NCBI GenBank assembly: GCA_963845755.1
Contig: CAWJTV010000031.1
Span: 224,001-288,000, forward strand
DNA from: an uncultured Planctomycetota bacterium
GTDB lineage: Bacteria; Planctomycetota; Planctomycetia; Isosphaerales; Isosphaeraceae
Direction: 5' to 3'
Length of the DNA: 64,000 nucleotides
In this document: positions 1-10,125 of the stretch, in pieces
Layout: every line of letters begins with the position of its first letter
Numbering within the stretch: the stretch's first letter is position 1
Position numbers and translations under genes: made by a program
The notes under the pieces: model-generated
The model's input: only the letters and a program-made list of their open reading frames with translations
What the model was told of the DNA's origin: nothing
Database searches by the model: none

Positions 1-2
1 AG

Positions 3-458
3 AACGGCAAACCGGACGCGGGCCTCCGATGGCTCGACCTCGCCATCTTGCGCGGTGCGACAGGAATGGCCCAATCGTGGAGGGCGCGGGCGCTGATCGA
101 CCTCGGCCGCACCGAGGAAGCCGTCCACGCCTGGACGGCGGCCCTCGCGAGCGACCCCGAGGACGCTCCTGCCTATCTCGGTCGTGCCCGGGCGTTTCGC
201 CGGCTCGGGCTCTGGGAGAACGCCCTGGACGATCTGGAACGAGCCGCCGAACGCACGCCCGATGGCTCGGCAGACTTCATCCGAGTGACCCTGGATTATC
301 TCGCCTGCATTCCCGTCCACCCCGACCGGCTTCCCAGGGTTGCGAGCCTGGTGCTCCGCCTCCTGATCGGCCCGACCTCCCTCCCGAATGATCGCCGCCG
401 TTTGGAAGCCAGACTGTCACGAATCGGGAACCAATCCGGACGCGGCCTCGAGCCGTAA
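3..458 (+). CDS. TPR-repeat protein, C-terminal part (gene starts upstream of the window)
   Basis: Frame open from base 3; TPR-like helices SWRARALIDLGRTEEAVHAWTAALASDPEDAPAYLGRARAFRRLG. Confidence 0.8.
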   Translation, partial: NGKPDAGLRWLDLAILRGATGMAQSWRARALIDLGRTEEAVHAWTAALASDPEDAPAYLGRARAFRRLGLWENALDDLERAAERTPDGSADFIRVTLDYLACIPVHPDRLPRVASLVLRLLIGPTSLPNDRRRLEARLSRIGNQSGRGLEP

Positions 459-826
459 CTGATGAGGGATTTCGACTTGCTCGTTCCGGATTCCCCATCG
501 GGGTGCGGGTCTCCCTCGATCCGGAATCGACGATCGCAAATTACGCCCCGGACGCCGAGGTCCTAGAATGGCTTCTCGCAGATCCCTGACGACACGTCCG
601 CCACCATGTTGCCCGGCGAACCGGCGCTTGTTAGGCTATGCGATCGTCGGGGCCGGACCACACGCCGGTCCTGATGGGGATGAGATGCCCCTGGGATGCG
701 CCGACCTAAGCCCGTCAGACGTTCCAGGTTCGCAAACGGGTTCCAGAATTCGGGAAGTCCCGCCGAGCCATTTTCCCGAAGGTGAGAACCACTGAGTTCT
801 CCTCGAGCGGTAATTGATTCGCAACA

Positions 827-848
827 CCTAAGTTAATAATGACTTAGG
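827..848. promoter_or_regulatory. Palindromic candidate operator upstream of the Rieske/cyt b operon
   Basis: CCTAAGT-TAATAATG-ACTTAGG, perfect 7-bp inverted arms in a local AT-rich patch. Confidence 0.4.
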
Positions 849-1016
849 GATCGAGATCTCGACACGACCGAGTGGCACTGACTTTGCTTCTTGAGGAGCG
901 TTTCTGGGGACAGCGTGCTCGCAGAGCGCAGAGACGAGGACCGGCGGGAGGGCGGATCCCCTGGTCAGCGGATTCGCGTCGAGGGTTCCGTAGACCGGAG
1001 AGGCTGGGGCCGACCG

Positions 1017-2264
1017 ATGGCAAAACGTCCGACTATCCAAGAGATCCTGGCAGCGGCTCGAAAAGGGGGTGCGGCCCAGCGCTCCGACGAGCCGGCGGCG
1101 GCCGAACCCGAGGCCGTCGAAATGGAGGCTCCGGCCGATGAGGCGGCGGCCGAGAGCGTCGCGGCACCCGAGCCGGCGGCTCTGGTGAATGTCCCGACCC
1201 CAGCGACGTTGGGCCGGCCGTTGACGCTCAAGGAGAAACTGGCCGCTGCTCGGGCCGGTGGGGCCGTTCCGCCCGCTGCGGCCAAGCCGGCGGCACCGGC
1301 GGCCAAGGCCAAGGCGCCCGCGCCGGTCGAGGAAGCGGAGGCCGCCCTCGCGGAGGAGCCCAAGGCCGTGCCCGCACCCGCCGCGCCCCTGGGCCGCCCG
1401 ATGACGCTGGCGGAAAAGCTGGCCGCCGCCCGTGGCGGGGCCGCCAAGCCCGCGGCGACACCCGCGGCCAAGCCCGCCGCGGCCAAGGCTGCCGCCGCCC
1501 CCGCCGCCAAGACGACCGCCGCACGCACGCTCCCGCCGCTCGAGAAGATTACCGACCCCAAGGACCTGGCCGAAGCCGCCCGTCAGGCCGCCGCCAGGCG
1601 AGCGAAGGAAGACCTGGCGGCCAAGGCCGCCGCCGCTCCGGCTCCCTCCAAGGGCAAGTCGGCCGCCGCCAAACCTCAGACGGTCCCGCCTAGGCCCGGT
1701 CGAGAGCTGGCCGCCGCCGGCGCTCCCGAACGTCACGCGGCCGTCGCTCTGAGCCGTCGCGGCTTTGTCATCGGCAGCTTGTTCCTGTCCTGGATCGCTA
1801 CCGCCTGGATCACCTTCACCGCCGGAGTGGTCGCCATGACGACCATGACCGTCCGATTCATGTTCCCCAACGTCCTCGCCGAACCGCCCAGCACCGTCAA
1901 GATCGGGCTCCCCTCGAACTACGATCCCGAGTCCGTCGACGATCGATTCAAAGCCGAGTGGGGGTTCTGGGTGGTCCGTTCCACCCGATATAACGGTCAG
2001 GACATCATCTATATCATTCAATCCGTCTGCACGCACCTGGGCTGCCCGCCCAACTGGCTGGCCAGCGAGCAGAAGTTCAAGTGCCCCTGCCACGGCAGCG
2101 GGTTCTACATCTCCGCGATCAACTTCGAGGGACCGGCACCCCGTCCCCTCGAGCGATTCAAGGTCACGGTCGCCGACGACGGCCAGCTCATGGTTAACAA
2201 GAGTCAGAAGTTTCAGCAAGAGTTGGGGCAATGGTCAGATCCCGATAGCTATATCCCAGCCTGA
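1017..2264 (+). CDS. petC: Rieske [2Fe-2S] subunit of a cytochrome bc/b6-type complex with a long Ala/Pro/Lys-rich N-terminal extension
   Basis: CTHLGC and CPCHGS boxes, GPAPRPL, internal SRRGF twin-Arg plus TM helix; ATG 1017 (MAKRPT) after GGAGAGG. Confidence 0.92.
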   Translation: MAKRPTIQEILAAARKGGAAQRSDEPAAAEPEAVEMEAPADEAAAESVAAPEPAALVNVPTPATLGRPLTLKEKLAAARAGGAVPPAAAKPAAPAAKAKAPAPVEEAEAALAEEPKAVPAPAAPLGRPMTLAEKLAAARGGAAKPAATPAAKPAAAKAAAAPAAKTTAARTLPPLEKITDPKDLAEAARQAAARRAKEDLAAKAAAAPAPSKGKSAAAKPQTVPPRPGRELAAAGAPERHAAVALSRRGFVIGSLFLSWIATAWITFTAGVVAMTTMTVRFMFPNVLAEPPSTVKIGLPSNYDPESVDDRFKAEWGFWVVRSTRYNGQDIIYIIQSVCTHLGCPPNWLASEQKFKCPCHGSGFYISAINFEGPAPRPLERFKVTVADDGQLMVNKSQKFQQELGQWSDPDSYIPA

Positions 2265-2360
2265 ACCTCGTACCAGCACGCGACACGCGGCGAGTGAAGA
2301 CGACCGCTTTCCTTATCGATCCAACGGCCCCTGCCGCGACGCCACCAGCCACCGGAACAA

Positions 2361-3152
2361 GTGAGCGCTCCCATGCCGATCATGGATAAAATCGCCGAGA
2401 CCCAGCTTTGGAAGAGCATCTTCCGCCATCCGATGCCGACCGATCGGCGCAACCGGGTGGTGGTGATGCTGACCAATTTCTTCCTGCATCTCCATCCGGT
2501 GAGCGTGCGGAAACAGGGGATCGCCCTGAGCTACACCTGGTGCATGGGCGGTACGACCTTCTTCCTGTTCATCGTCGAGGTGATCACCGGCGTCTTGCTG
2601 ATGTTCTACTATCGTCCGACGCTGGAGCACGCCTACAACGACATCCTGGCCTTGCGCGACGTGACCACACTGGGCATCATGCGCGAGATTCATCGGTGGG
2701 GTGCCCATGCCATGGTCATCGCGGTCTGGCTGCACATGTACCGCGTGTTCTTGACGGGGAGCTACAAACCGCCCCGGGAATTCAACTGGGGCGTGGGCGT
2801 GATCTTGCTGGTCTTGACGCTCTTGCTCTCCTTCACTGGCTACCTGCTGCCCTGGGACCAGTTGGCGATCTGGGCGATCACGGTTGGGTCGAACATGGCC
2901 CGAGCGACGCCCGGTCTGGGGGTGGAGGGCCCGGGTTCGAAACTATTGAGCCTCAACGGGGTGAACCTGATCACATCGGGCTCGGACGCAAAATTCGCCT
3001 TGATCGGCGGGCGGACCATCGGCGAGATGACGCTCAACCGATTCTACGTCCTGCACTGCGTGGCGATCCCCCTGGCAGCCGCCCTGCTGATCATGATCCA
3101 TTTCTGGCGGGTGCGGAAGGATGGTGGGATCAGCGGTCCGCCTCCGCTGTAG
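2361..3152 (+). CDS. petB: Cytochrome b, b6-type short N-terminal subunit
   Basis: REIHRWGAHAMV..H, SYKPPREFNW, TGYLLPWDQ, H-x14-H in the last helix, C-terminal GISGP; start 2361 or 2373. Confidence 0.93.
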   Translation: MSAPMPIMDKIAETQLWKSIFRHPMPTDRRNRVVVMLTNFFLHLHPVSVRKQGIALSYTWCMGGTTFFLFIVEVITGVLLMFYYRPTLEHAYNDILALRDVTTLGIMREIHRWGAHAMVIAVWLHMYRVFLTGSYKPPREFNWGVGVILLVLTLLLSFTGYLLPWDQLAIWAITVGSNMARATPGLGVEGPGSKLLSLNGVNLITSGSDAKFALIGGRTIGEMTLNRFYVLHCVAIPLAAALLIMIHFWRVRKDGGISGPPPL

Positions 3153-3289
3153 TCCGTCGCGTCGGCAATGGACGCCGGGCTGATCGAGGGGTGGTTCGGT
3201 CGGCAGTTTCGCACGGCGAGCCGGACCACGCCATTCTCGAGAACACCGTTCGATTCCATCCACTAGCCACGATTGGTAGTCACGAGACC

Positions 3290-4900
3290 ATGGAACCCAA
3301 TCTTACCTTGAATCCCCACGCAGATCTGACTCCGGCCGTGATGGGGGGGCTGGCTTGGTATTACCTGCTCGCCGCCGTGATCAACGCGGCCGCCGCGGCC
3401 TATGTGGCCTATGGGGATATGGTCTCCGAGGGGGCCTCCCGCCTTGGCCTCGCGCCGAAGACCCGGCGGATGCCGAGCTGGCTGACCGGCCTGTTCTTCG
3501 GGACCTACAGCCTGGCCTTCCTGGTGATGCTCCTGCGGGCCTACCTGCCGGGTGCCCTGGGTGCGGCCTACGGCCTCTGTGCACTGGCCAACGCCGTGCT
3601 GGCCATCATGGCCACCGCGGATGCCGCCCACTTCGCCGAGGCCCACGAGCATGGTCATGGCGAAGGGGACCCGTCGCAACGGCCTAGCCTGGACGAGCAT
3701 CACCCGGCCATCGGGATCGGAGGGCCGATTAACCGTACGCTTTGGACCCTGATCTGGGGCTTCGTCGCCATGGTCTTCCAGATCATCGGCATCGTATATG
3801 CCCTCGACCATGCGGTGTATATGCCGCAGATCATGCGCGACGCGATCGACTCGATCGCCGGGCCGACGACGTTCTTCGTCGGAGCCACCATCGCGTTCAT
3901 CGCCGCCATCCGATTCCGCCGGTTCCTCTCCAACGGCCTGGTGGCCTGGTCGATCGTCGACCTGTTCCTGCTCTATTTCGGGATGAGCATGACCGATTTC
4001 GATTTCCGCGACATCGTGACCAAACCCGATAATGTGCCGATCGTCGGCCTGCTCATCCTCGTGGCCGGCTTCTTCTGGTTCTCACTCCGCCGCGCCGTGA
4101 TCAACGACGCTCGGATTGCGCAAGGGCTTCCGGCCCTGGAAGACCTGGAGCCCGAGAAGACCTTGACGTGGCCGGACCTGGTCTACACCGAGCTGATCTG
4201 CATGGTGCTCCTGACCATCGTCCTGGTCGTCTGGGGGATCGTCCTCCAGGCGCCTCTTGAGCAGCCGGCCAGCTCGACGGTCGCGCCCAATCCGTCGAAG
4301 GCGCCTTGGTACTTCCTCGGACTCCAGGAGATGCTGGTCTATTTCGATCCCTGGATGGCCGGCGTGGTGCTGCCGAGCATGATCATCGTAGGCCTCATGG
4401 CGATCCCGTATATCGATACCAACAAGTCCGGCAACGGCTACTACACGTACAACGATCGGAAATTCGCCTTCAATACGTTCCAGTATGGATTCGTGGTGCT
4501 GTGGGTCGTGCTGATCCTCCTGGGGACGTTCCTCCGCGGCCCCAACTGGAACTTCTTCGGGCCGTACGAATACTGGGACCTCCACAAGCTGATCCCGCTG
4601 AACAACGTCAACCTCTCGGAGATCGTCTGGATCCAGCTCTTCGGCCGGACGAAGCCCGAGAACATCTTCGTCCGTGAGATGCCGGGGATCCTCTTGTGCC
4701 TGGGTTACTTCACGATCGTGCCGTTCGTGATGTATCGCCTCTTCTTCCGTCGCTACGCCGAGAAGTCCGGCATGCTGCGCTACATGACGCTGGCCGTGCT
4801 GATGTTGTTCATGGCCGCCTTGCCGATCAAGATGGTGTTTCGCTGGACCATCAACCTGAAATACCTGGTGGCGATTCCCGAGTACTTCTTCAATATCTAG
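3290..4900 (+). CDS. Subunit IV (PetD-like) fused to additional N- and C-terminal TM helices
   Basis: TWPDLV, PLEQPA...PNPSKAPWYFLG (PEWY-equivalent), IPYID; ATG 3290 inside ORF 2408..4900. Confidence 0.85.
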   Translation: MEPNLTLNPHADLTPAVMGGLAWYYLLAAVINAAAAAYVAYGDMVSEGASRLGLAPKTRRMPSWLTGLFFGTYSLAFLVMLLRAYLPGALGAAYGLCALANAVLAIMATADAAHFAEAHEHGHGEGDPSQRPSLDEHHPAIGIGGPINRTLWTLIWGFVAMVFQIIGIVYALDHAVYMPQIMRDAIDSIAGPTTFFVGATIAFIAAIRFRRFLSNGLVAWSIVDLFLLYFGMSMTDFDFRDIVTKPDNVPIVGLLILVAGFFWFSLRRAVINDARIAQGLPALEDLEPEKTLTWPDLVYTELICMVLLTIVLVVWGIVLQAPLEQPASSTVAPNPSKAPWYFLGLQEMLVYFDPWMAGVVLPSMIIVGLMAIPYIDTNKSGNGYYTYNDRKFAFNTFQYGFVVLWVVLILLGTFLRGPNWNFFGPYEYWDLHKLIPLNNVNLSEIVWIQLFGRTKPENIFVREMPGILLCLGYFTIVPFVMYRLFFRRYAEKSGMLRYMTLAVLMLFMAALPIKMVFRWTINLKYLVAIPEYFFNI

Positions 4901-4938
4901 CCGAACGCGGTGGCAAGTACGACGCCGGCGCGAGAGTC

Positions 4939-4991
4939 GGTCAGGCCTTCCGGCCTGACGAACCGGCGACGTCAGGCCGGAAAGCCTGACC
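4939..4991. repeat. REP/REPIN-like pair of inverted palindromes
   Basis: GGTCAGGCCTTCCGGCCTGAC-N11-GTCAGGCCGGAAAGCCTGACC; each unit is a hairpin and the units are near reverse complements. Confidence 0.7.
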
Positions 4992-5031
4992 TCCGTGATC
5001 TCCTTCCTTGCCGACGACAGGAACAAAGACC

Positions 5032-8000
5032 ATGCCGGCTACCGAGGAAACCTATCGGCCCCAGCCGATCCTCCACCTGGTCTTCGCGATCTCGTCGATC
5101 GCGATGCTGCTCGCGACCGTCTGGATGGTCATGGCCGACCACCTCCGCCCCTGGAAAGAGGTGCAACGCGAGTTCCAGGCGGTCGAGCGCGCCAAGCTCG
5201 AGGCGTCCAAGGATGAGAAGCTCAAGGAGCAGAAGGCCAAGTACGAGGCCCAGCTCGCGGACATCGACAAGAAGATCGAGGCTGCCAAGGCGGCCGCCGA
5301 GACGCGAGCTGCCCGGATTAGCGAGCTCGACAAGGAGCTCGAGAAGCTGGGCGGGACGGTGGACCTGCTGGATATGCAGAAGCGGTTCAAGAAGGCCGAT
5401 CTCGATAGCAAACGCAGTCTCTACGACGGGATGGTCGAACGGGGCGAGGAACACGAGGCGAAGGCCTATCTCGCCAGCGTCGTCTTCAACACCGAGAAGG
5501 AACTCACCGAGTTCTCCAAGCAATTGGAGACGGCCCAGTCCGCCCTGAAGAAAGCGAAGGATGAGAAGGAGCAGCAACTCGGCTACGTGGACAAGCTCGA
5601 GGACGACAAGAAGAAGATGACGCGCGAGGCTGACAACGTCGCGCGGACGATCGAGCAGAAGGATGCGCTTTACGGCGGTCCGGAACACTGGTATAGCGCC
5701 CCGATGGCGTTCCTGCGCAGCCTCCCCGGCATCGACCTGATGCCGCCGACGAAGATCCAGCAGATCAGTCTGCCCGAGCTGACGATCAACTACAACTTCA
5801 AGGAAGTGCCCCGCTACGATCGTTGCACGACCTGCCACCAGGGGATCGACCGGCTCGGATACGACAAGGGGCCCGGCGGCCAGCCGATGAAGGCGGTCTT
5901 CGCCGCCCATCCGTCTCTGACCACGGGCGCGACGACCACCGATCCCAAGGGCAAGGTGGTGACTGCCGGACTCTATCTCGACGGCAACGGCCCGCATCCG
6001 ATCAATAGCTTTGGCTGCACGATCTGTCACGGCGGCCAGGGCTCCGGCACCGATTTTACCTTTGCGTCTCACACGCCCGACACCCTCAAGCAAGGGCATA
6101 TTTGGCATGAGGAGTACGGCTGGCACTCGTTCCACATGTGGGATTTCCCGATGCATCCCAGGCGGTTCATCGAGTCGAGCTGCTTGAAGTGCCACCACGA
6201 GGTGACCGACATCCCCCAGGCCAAGCAGCTCCAGGCCGGCTTCCAGAGAATCGTCAAGTACGGCTGCACGGGCTGCCACGCCATCGGTGGCGGGGGCGCC
6301 ATCGGTCCGGACCTCAGCGAAGAGCCGCAGGTCGGGCCCAACCTCTCGCATGTCGGGTCGAAGGTCTCGAAGGAATGGATCCTCAAGTGGATCATCGATC
6401 CGCACGGCTTCCGTCCCGATTCGCGAATGCCCCGGTTTTACGGCCTGACCAACAACGCCGCCGGGGAGGACTGGCCGAAGAATTACGCCGAGTCCAACGC
6501 GATCGCGCACTACCTCTTCACCAAGACCACCGAGCCCGCCGGCTTCGTCGACCCGCCCGCCAAGACCGACCCGGCCAAGGGGAAGGACCTGTTCTTCCAG
6601 AAGGGCTGCCTGGCTTGCCATCAGCATCGTCCCTACCAGGAGGGCGACCTCCAGAAGATCGATAAGGAGCGGGCCAATCCGGCCTACTTCGCGGAGAAGG
6701 ACAAGGTGAAGACGCCCAAGCTCGACGCGGCCGCGAGCTACGATCCCAAGAACTTCCCGGCCTCGGTCCGCAACAACGCGATGGCCAATTTCGGCCCGAA
6801 CCTCTCGAACATCGCGGCCAAGTTCCAGTCCAAGGCCCAGGGCCAGAAATGGCTGACGAACTGGATCCACGCCCCCGAGACCTACCATCCCAGGAGCTTG
6901 ATGCCGAACCTGCAGCTCTCCCTCCAGGAAGCCGCCGATATCGCGAGCTGGATCATCTCGGTGCCCGGCGAGTGGCCGGTCACGGTCGAAGTCCCCGGCG
7001 CAGAACACCAAGGAGGTGAAGGAGGCCGTCGACGAGCTGGTCAAGCTCTACGTCTCCAAGAGCGGCAGCTTCAAGCGAGCCGATGGCAAGTCGGAGGTCA
7101 AGTCGCTGAGCGAGGTCGATTCGTTCGTCCGGGAGCTGGGGATGGAGGACAAGCTCTTCTTCCTCGGCGAGAGGACGATCGCCAGGCTAGGCTGCTTCGG
7201 CTGCCACACCATCCCCGGCTTCGAGACCGCCAAGCCCATCGGCACCGCGCTCAGCGACTGGGGGATCAAGAGCCCCGCTCGGCTCGACTACGGCCATATT
7301 CGCGAATACCTCGAAGAACAGGATCCGGACGACAGCAAAGCGCACGATGGCACCCCGAGTATCTATCAGGAGGAGGTCACCCACGAGACGCGGATGGGCT
7401 TCCTCTTCCAGAAGCTGCACCGCCCGCGAAGCTACGACTACCTGAAGAAGAGCGAGAAGTACAAACCGTGGGACGATCGGCTCCGAATGCCCCAGTTCGC
7501 CTGGGCCGACGAGCCGGCGGCGGTCGAGGAGGTTATGACGTTCATCCTCGGGCTGACCGCTGAGCGGATCCCCGCCCGATACCTGCCCAATACGCATTAC
7601 TCCCCCGCTCAGACGGCGATGTCTCGCGGTGGCAAGGTGTTGAACCGTCACAACTGTACCGGCTGCCATGTCCTGGAAATGCCGACCTTCACCATCCCGC
7701 AAGGGGTCAAAGTGGCCGAGGCGTTCACCGACTTCCGGGCCAATCTGCGCACCTCCTACGGCAACCGGGCCAACGACTTCCTGGCCGAGCTCTACCCCGG
7801 CCTCAGCTATGACGCGAAGAAGAAGCTGGGGAATAACGAGATCGAGGGCGAGTTGGGCCTGGCCGAAGATGACGGGTCGAAGCCCATCACCATCGAGGGG
7901 ATGCCGACGGCTTTGTTCGAGAACGAGCTGACCATCCAGCTCTGGAAGCCGGTCACGATTCGCGGCTACACGTTCAACATCGGCGACAATCTCGCGGTCA

Positions 8001-8785
8001 ACCAGAACAAGGTCGAGAAGAAGGAGGGGAACGGCGGCAATTTCGCCTTCCTCTACGCCCGGTCGCAAGCCGAGCGGACCGGGTCACCCTTTGAACCCTA
8101 CTGGAACCGTCTACCCCCGCCGCTGCTCCGCGAGGGGAACAAGGTCCAGACTCCGTGGCTGACCGCGTTCCTGAAGGATCCGTATGCGATCCGGCCGGCG
8201 GCCCAGTTACGGATGCCGCGGTTCCACTACGGGAAGACGGACCAGGATTCCTCCAAGGAAACCGAGGATCTGGCCAATTACTTCGCGGCGCGCGATCGGG
8301 CCGAATTCCCTTACCCGATCATCGCCGAGCACACGCCCTCCTACCTGGAGCGGCGCGAGAAGGCGCATCCCAACTACCTCACGGCTGGCTGGGAGATGAT
8401 GACCACCAAGGCATCCCCCTGTCTCCAGTGTCATGCTATCGGACAGTTCAAGCCGAGCGGCGGCGCCGCCGTCGTCAATGGCCCGGACCTCCGGCAGGTC
8501 GCCACCCGGTTCCGCCCAGAGTTCCTCGAGACCTGGATCGCCAATCCCCGCCGCCTTGTTCCTTACACGGCGATGCCCCAGAATATCGTGCCGCATGGCG
8601 CGATCCAGATCCCCGTCCCCAAGACCTTCGAGAATCAACCGATCGAGATGGTCCGGGCCGTTCGCGACACGCTCCTGAATTACGTCAATGCCATCGAGCT
8701 CCAGCTCGCCAGCAGCAGCAATCCGGGCCAAACTCCCGCGAGTGCACCGGCTCCGGCACCCAAGCCCGCCGGTACGACGCCCTGA
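5032..8785 (+). CDS. Membrane-anchored multiheme (8 CxxCH) cytochrome c; one apparent frameshift near 7010
   Basis: N-terminal TM, coiled coil, CTTCH, CTICH, CLKCH, CTGCH, CLACH (ORF 5008..) then CFGCH, CTGCH, CLQCH (ORF 7016..8785); GPNL/MP motifs of class I c domains. Confidence 0.88.
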
Positions 8786-8983
8786 CCGGTCCCGGCAATC
8801 CGGTAGACGATCAGGGGACATCCACATCGTATCGTGCACCTTGAAGAGGACCTGAATCTTTGTTCTGATGACAGAAGCCGCGGCATCACCGCCTCGAGAC
8901 CGGGCTAGCTCCCGAAGGCCATGAGAATCCATGGCTCGTCCCCGACGGCGATTGATCGCGACCTGCAACGGGAGATTGACGCG

Positions 8984-9922
8984 ATGATGATTCGAGGGAT
9001 GGGTAAGGCCGCTTTTGTAGGTCTGGGCCTGACGGCGATGCTGGCGGTGACCATGGTGGGATGTGGTGGCGGGGGAGGCAGTGTTGACGACGGAATCGTC
9101 GTCCCGGCGCCTGATGCCAATTTGACCTCAAAGACCCCAGCCAATCCGGCCCCTGTGAGCGGCGGGACGAGCAACAGCGCCAGTTCGGCGACCACGTCTC
9201 CGGCGCCATCGGCGGTCAAGGCCGAAGGGTGGGGCACGCTCAAGGGTAAGGTTGTCTTCAGCGGCACGGTTCCTCCGGACGCCACGAAGGTCCTACAGGC
9301 ACAGGGCAAGGCCGAGAAGGATCTCAACATCTGTGCCAAGGACGCCCCGATCCGGTTGGAGAGGGTCGTCGTGGACGAGGCGACCAAGGGCGTCAAGAAC
9401 GTCTTCGTCTTCATCCAGCGGCCCACGGCGGTCAACGAGGAGGCGAAGAAAGCCGTTGCCGCGCGGAAGGCCGAGTTCGACCAGAAGGGTTGTGTCTTCA
9501 TCCCCCATGCACTGTCCGTCATGGTGGGCCAGACGGTGGATGTCAAGTCGAGCGACAATACCAGCCACAACGTCAATTTCCAGCTCAGGGCCCTCCAGAC
9601 GAATAAGGTCCTCGCGCCGGGCGGCAAGATGGATGTCGTGCCCGACTCGCCCGAGCGGTCTCCGGGTCTGGTGACGTGCAGTATTCACCCCTGGATGACG
9701 GCCTACTGGATGGTCCTCGACCACCCTTACTTCGCGGTCACCGACGAGAAGGGGAACTTCGAGATCAAGAACGTGCCCGCGGGTACGCAGAAAGTGGTCG
9801 TCTGGCAGGAGGCCGTCGGCCCTGTGACGCCCGCCTCGGGCGAGGATGTCAACATTACGCCGAACGGAGAGATCACGAAGGAATTCACGATCGATGCCGG
9901 CAAGGTCAGGCCGGGCAGTTGA
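8984..9922 (+). CDS. Lipoprotein with cupredoxin-like and carboxypeptidase-regulatory-like domains
   Basis: Signal peptide ending MVGC; FDQKGCVFIPH, HNV, CSIHPWM, HPYFAVTDEKGNFEIKNVPAG. Confidence 0.8.
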   Translation: MMIRGMGKAAFVGLGLTAMLAVTMVGCGGGGGSVDDGIVVPAPDANLTSKTPANPAPVSGGTSNSASSATTSPAPSAVKAEGWGTLKGKVVFSGTVPPDATKVLQAQGKAEKDLNICAKDAPIRLERVVVDEATKGVKNVFVFIQRPTAVNEEAKKAVAARKAEFDQKGCVFIPHALSVMVGQTVDVKSSDNTSHNVNFQLRALQTNKVLAPGGKMDVVPDSPERSPGLVTCSIHPWMTAYWMVLDHPYFAVTDEKGNFEIKNVPAGTQKVVVWQEAVGPVTPASGEDVNITPNGEITKEFTIDAGKVRPGS

Positions 9923-9948
9923 TGTTTGCTTCGATCTGGCCGAGTTCT

Positions 9949-10058
9949 CAGGGTTTCACCCAGGGCTGTGGTCATCCGGCCTGTTGGGCCGGGGAAATCG
10001 GCCCGTCGGCGATGGCGGCCTGAAAGGCCGAGGGAACAAAGCCTCAGGTGTAAGCCGG
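9949..10058. repeat. Degenerate REPIN-like palindromic intergenic element
   Basis: CAGGGTTTCACCCAGGGCT, CCGGCCTGTTGGGCCGG, GGCCTGAAAGGCC and AGCCTCAGGTGTAAGCCGG arranged as two inverted halves. Confidence 0.5.
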
Positions 10059-10125
10059 CCTCTGAAGATTCGCTTAAACCCTGGCAGCGATACTCGCGGA
10101 CCCTTCGACCCAAGGCGCGGATGAG

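Noticed and set aside
814..827. FNR/CRP box upstream of the bc operon
   Set aside because: TTGAT half-site present, but the second half (AACAC) matches ATCAA poorly.
828..2231. Long antisense ORFs (also 4972..7044, 14844..16544, 30149..31849 and similar)
   Set aside because: Shadow ORFs expected from high-GC codon bias opposite genes with clear motifs.
2408..3289. N-terminal extension of the 830-aa ORF overlapping cytochrome b
   Set aside because: Out-of-frame overlap with petB and non-protein-like composition; ATG 3290 is the plausible start.
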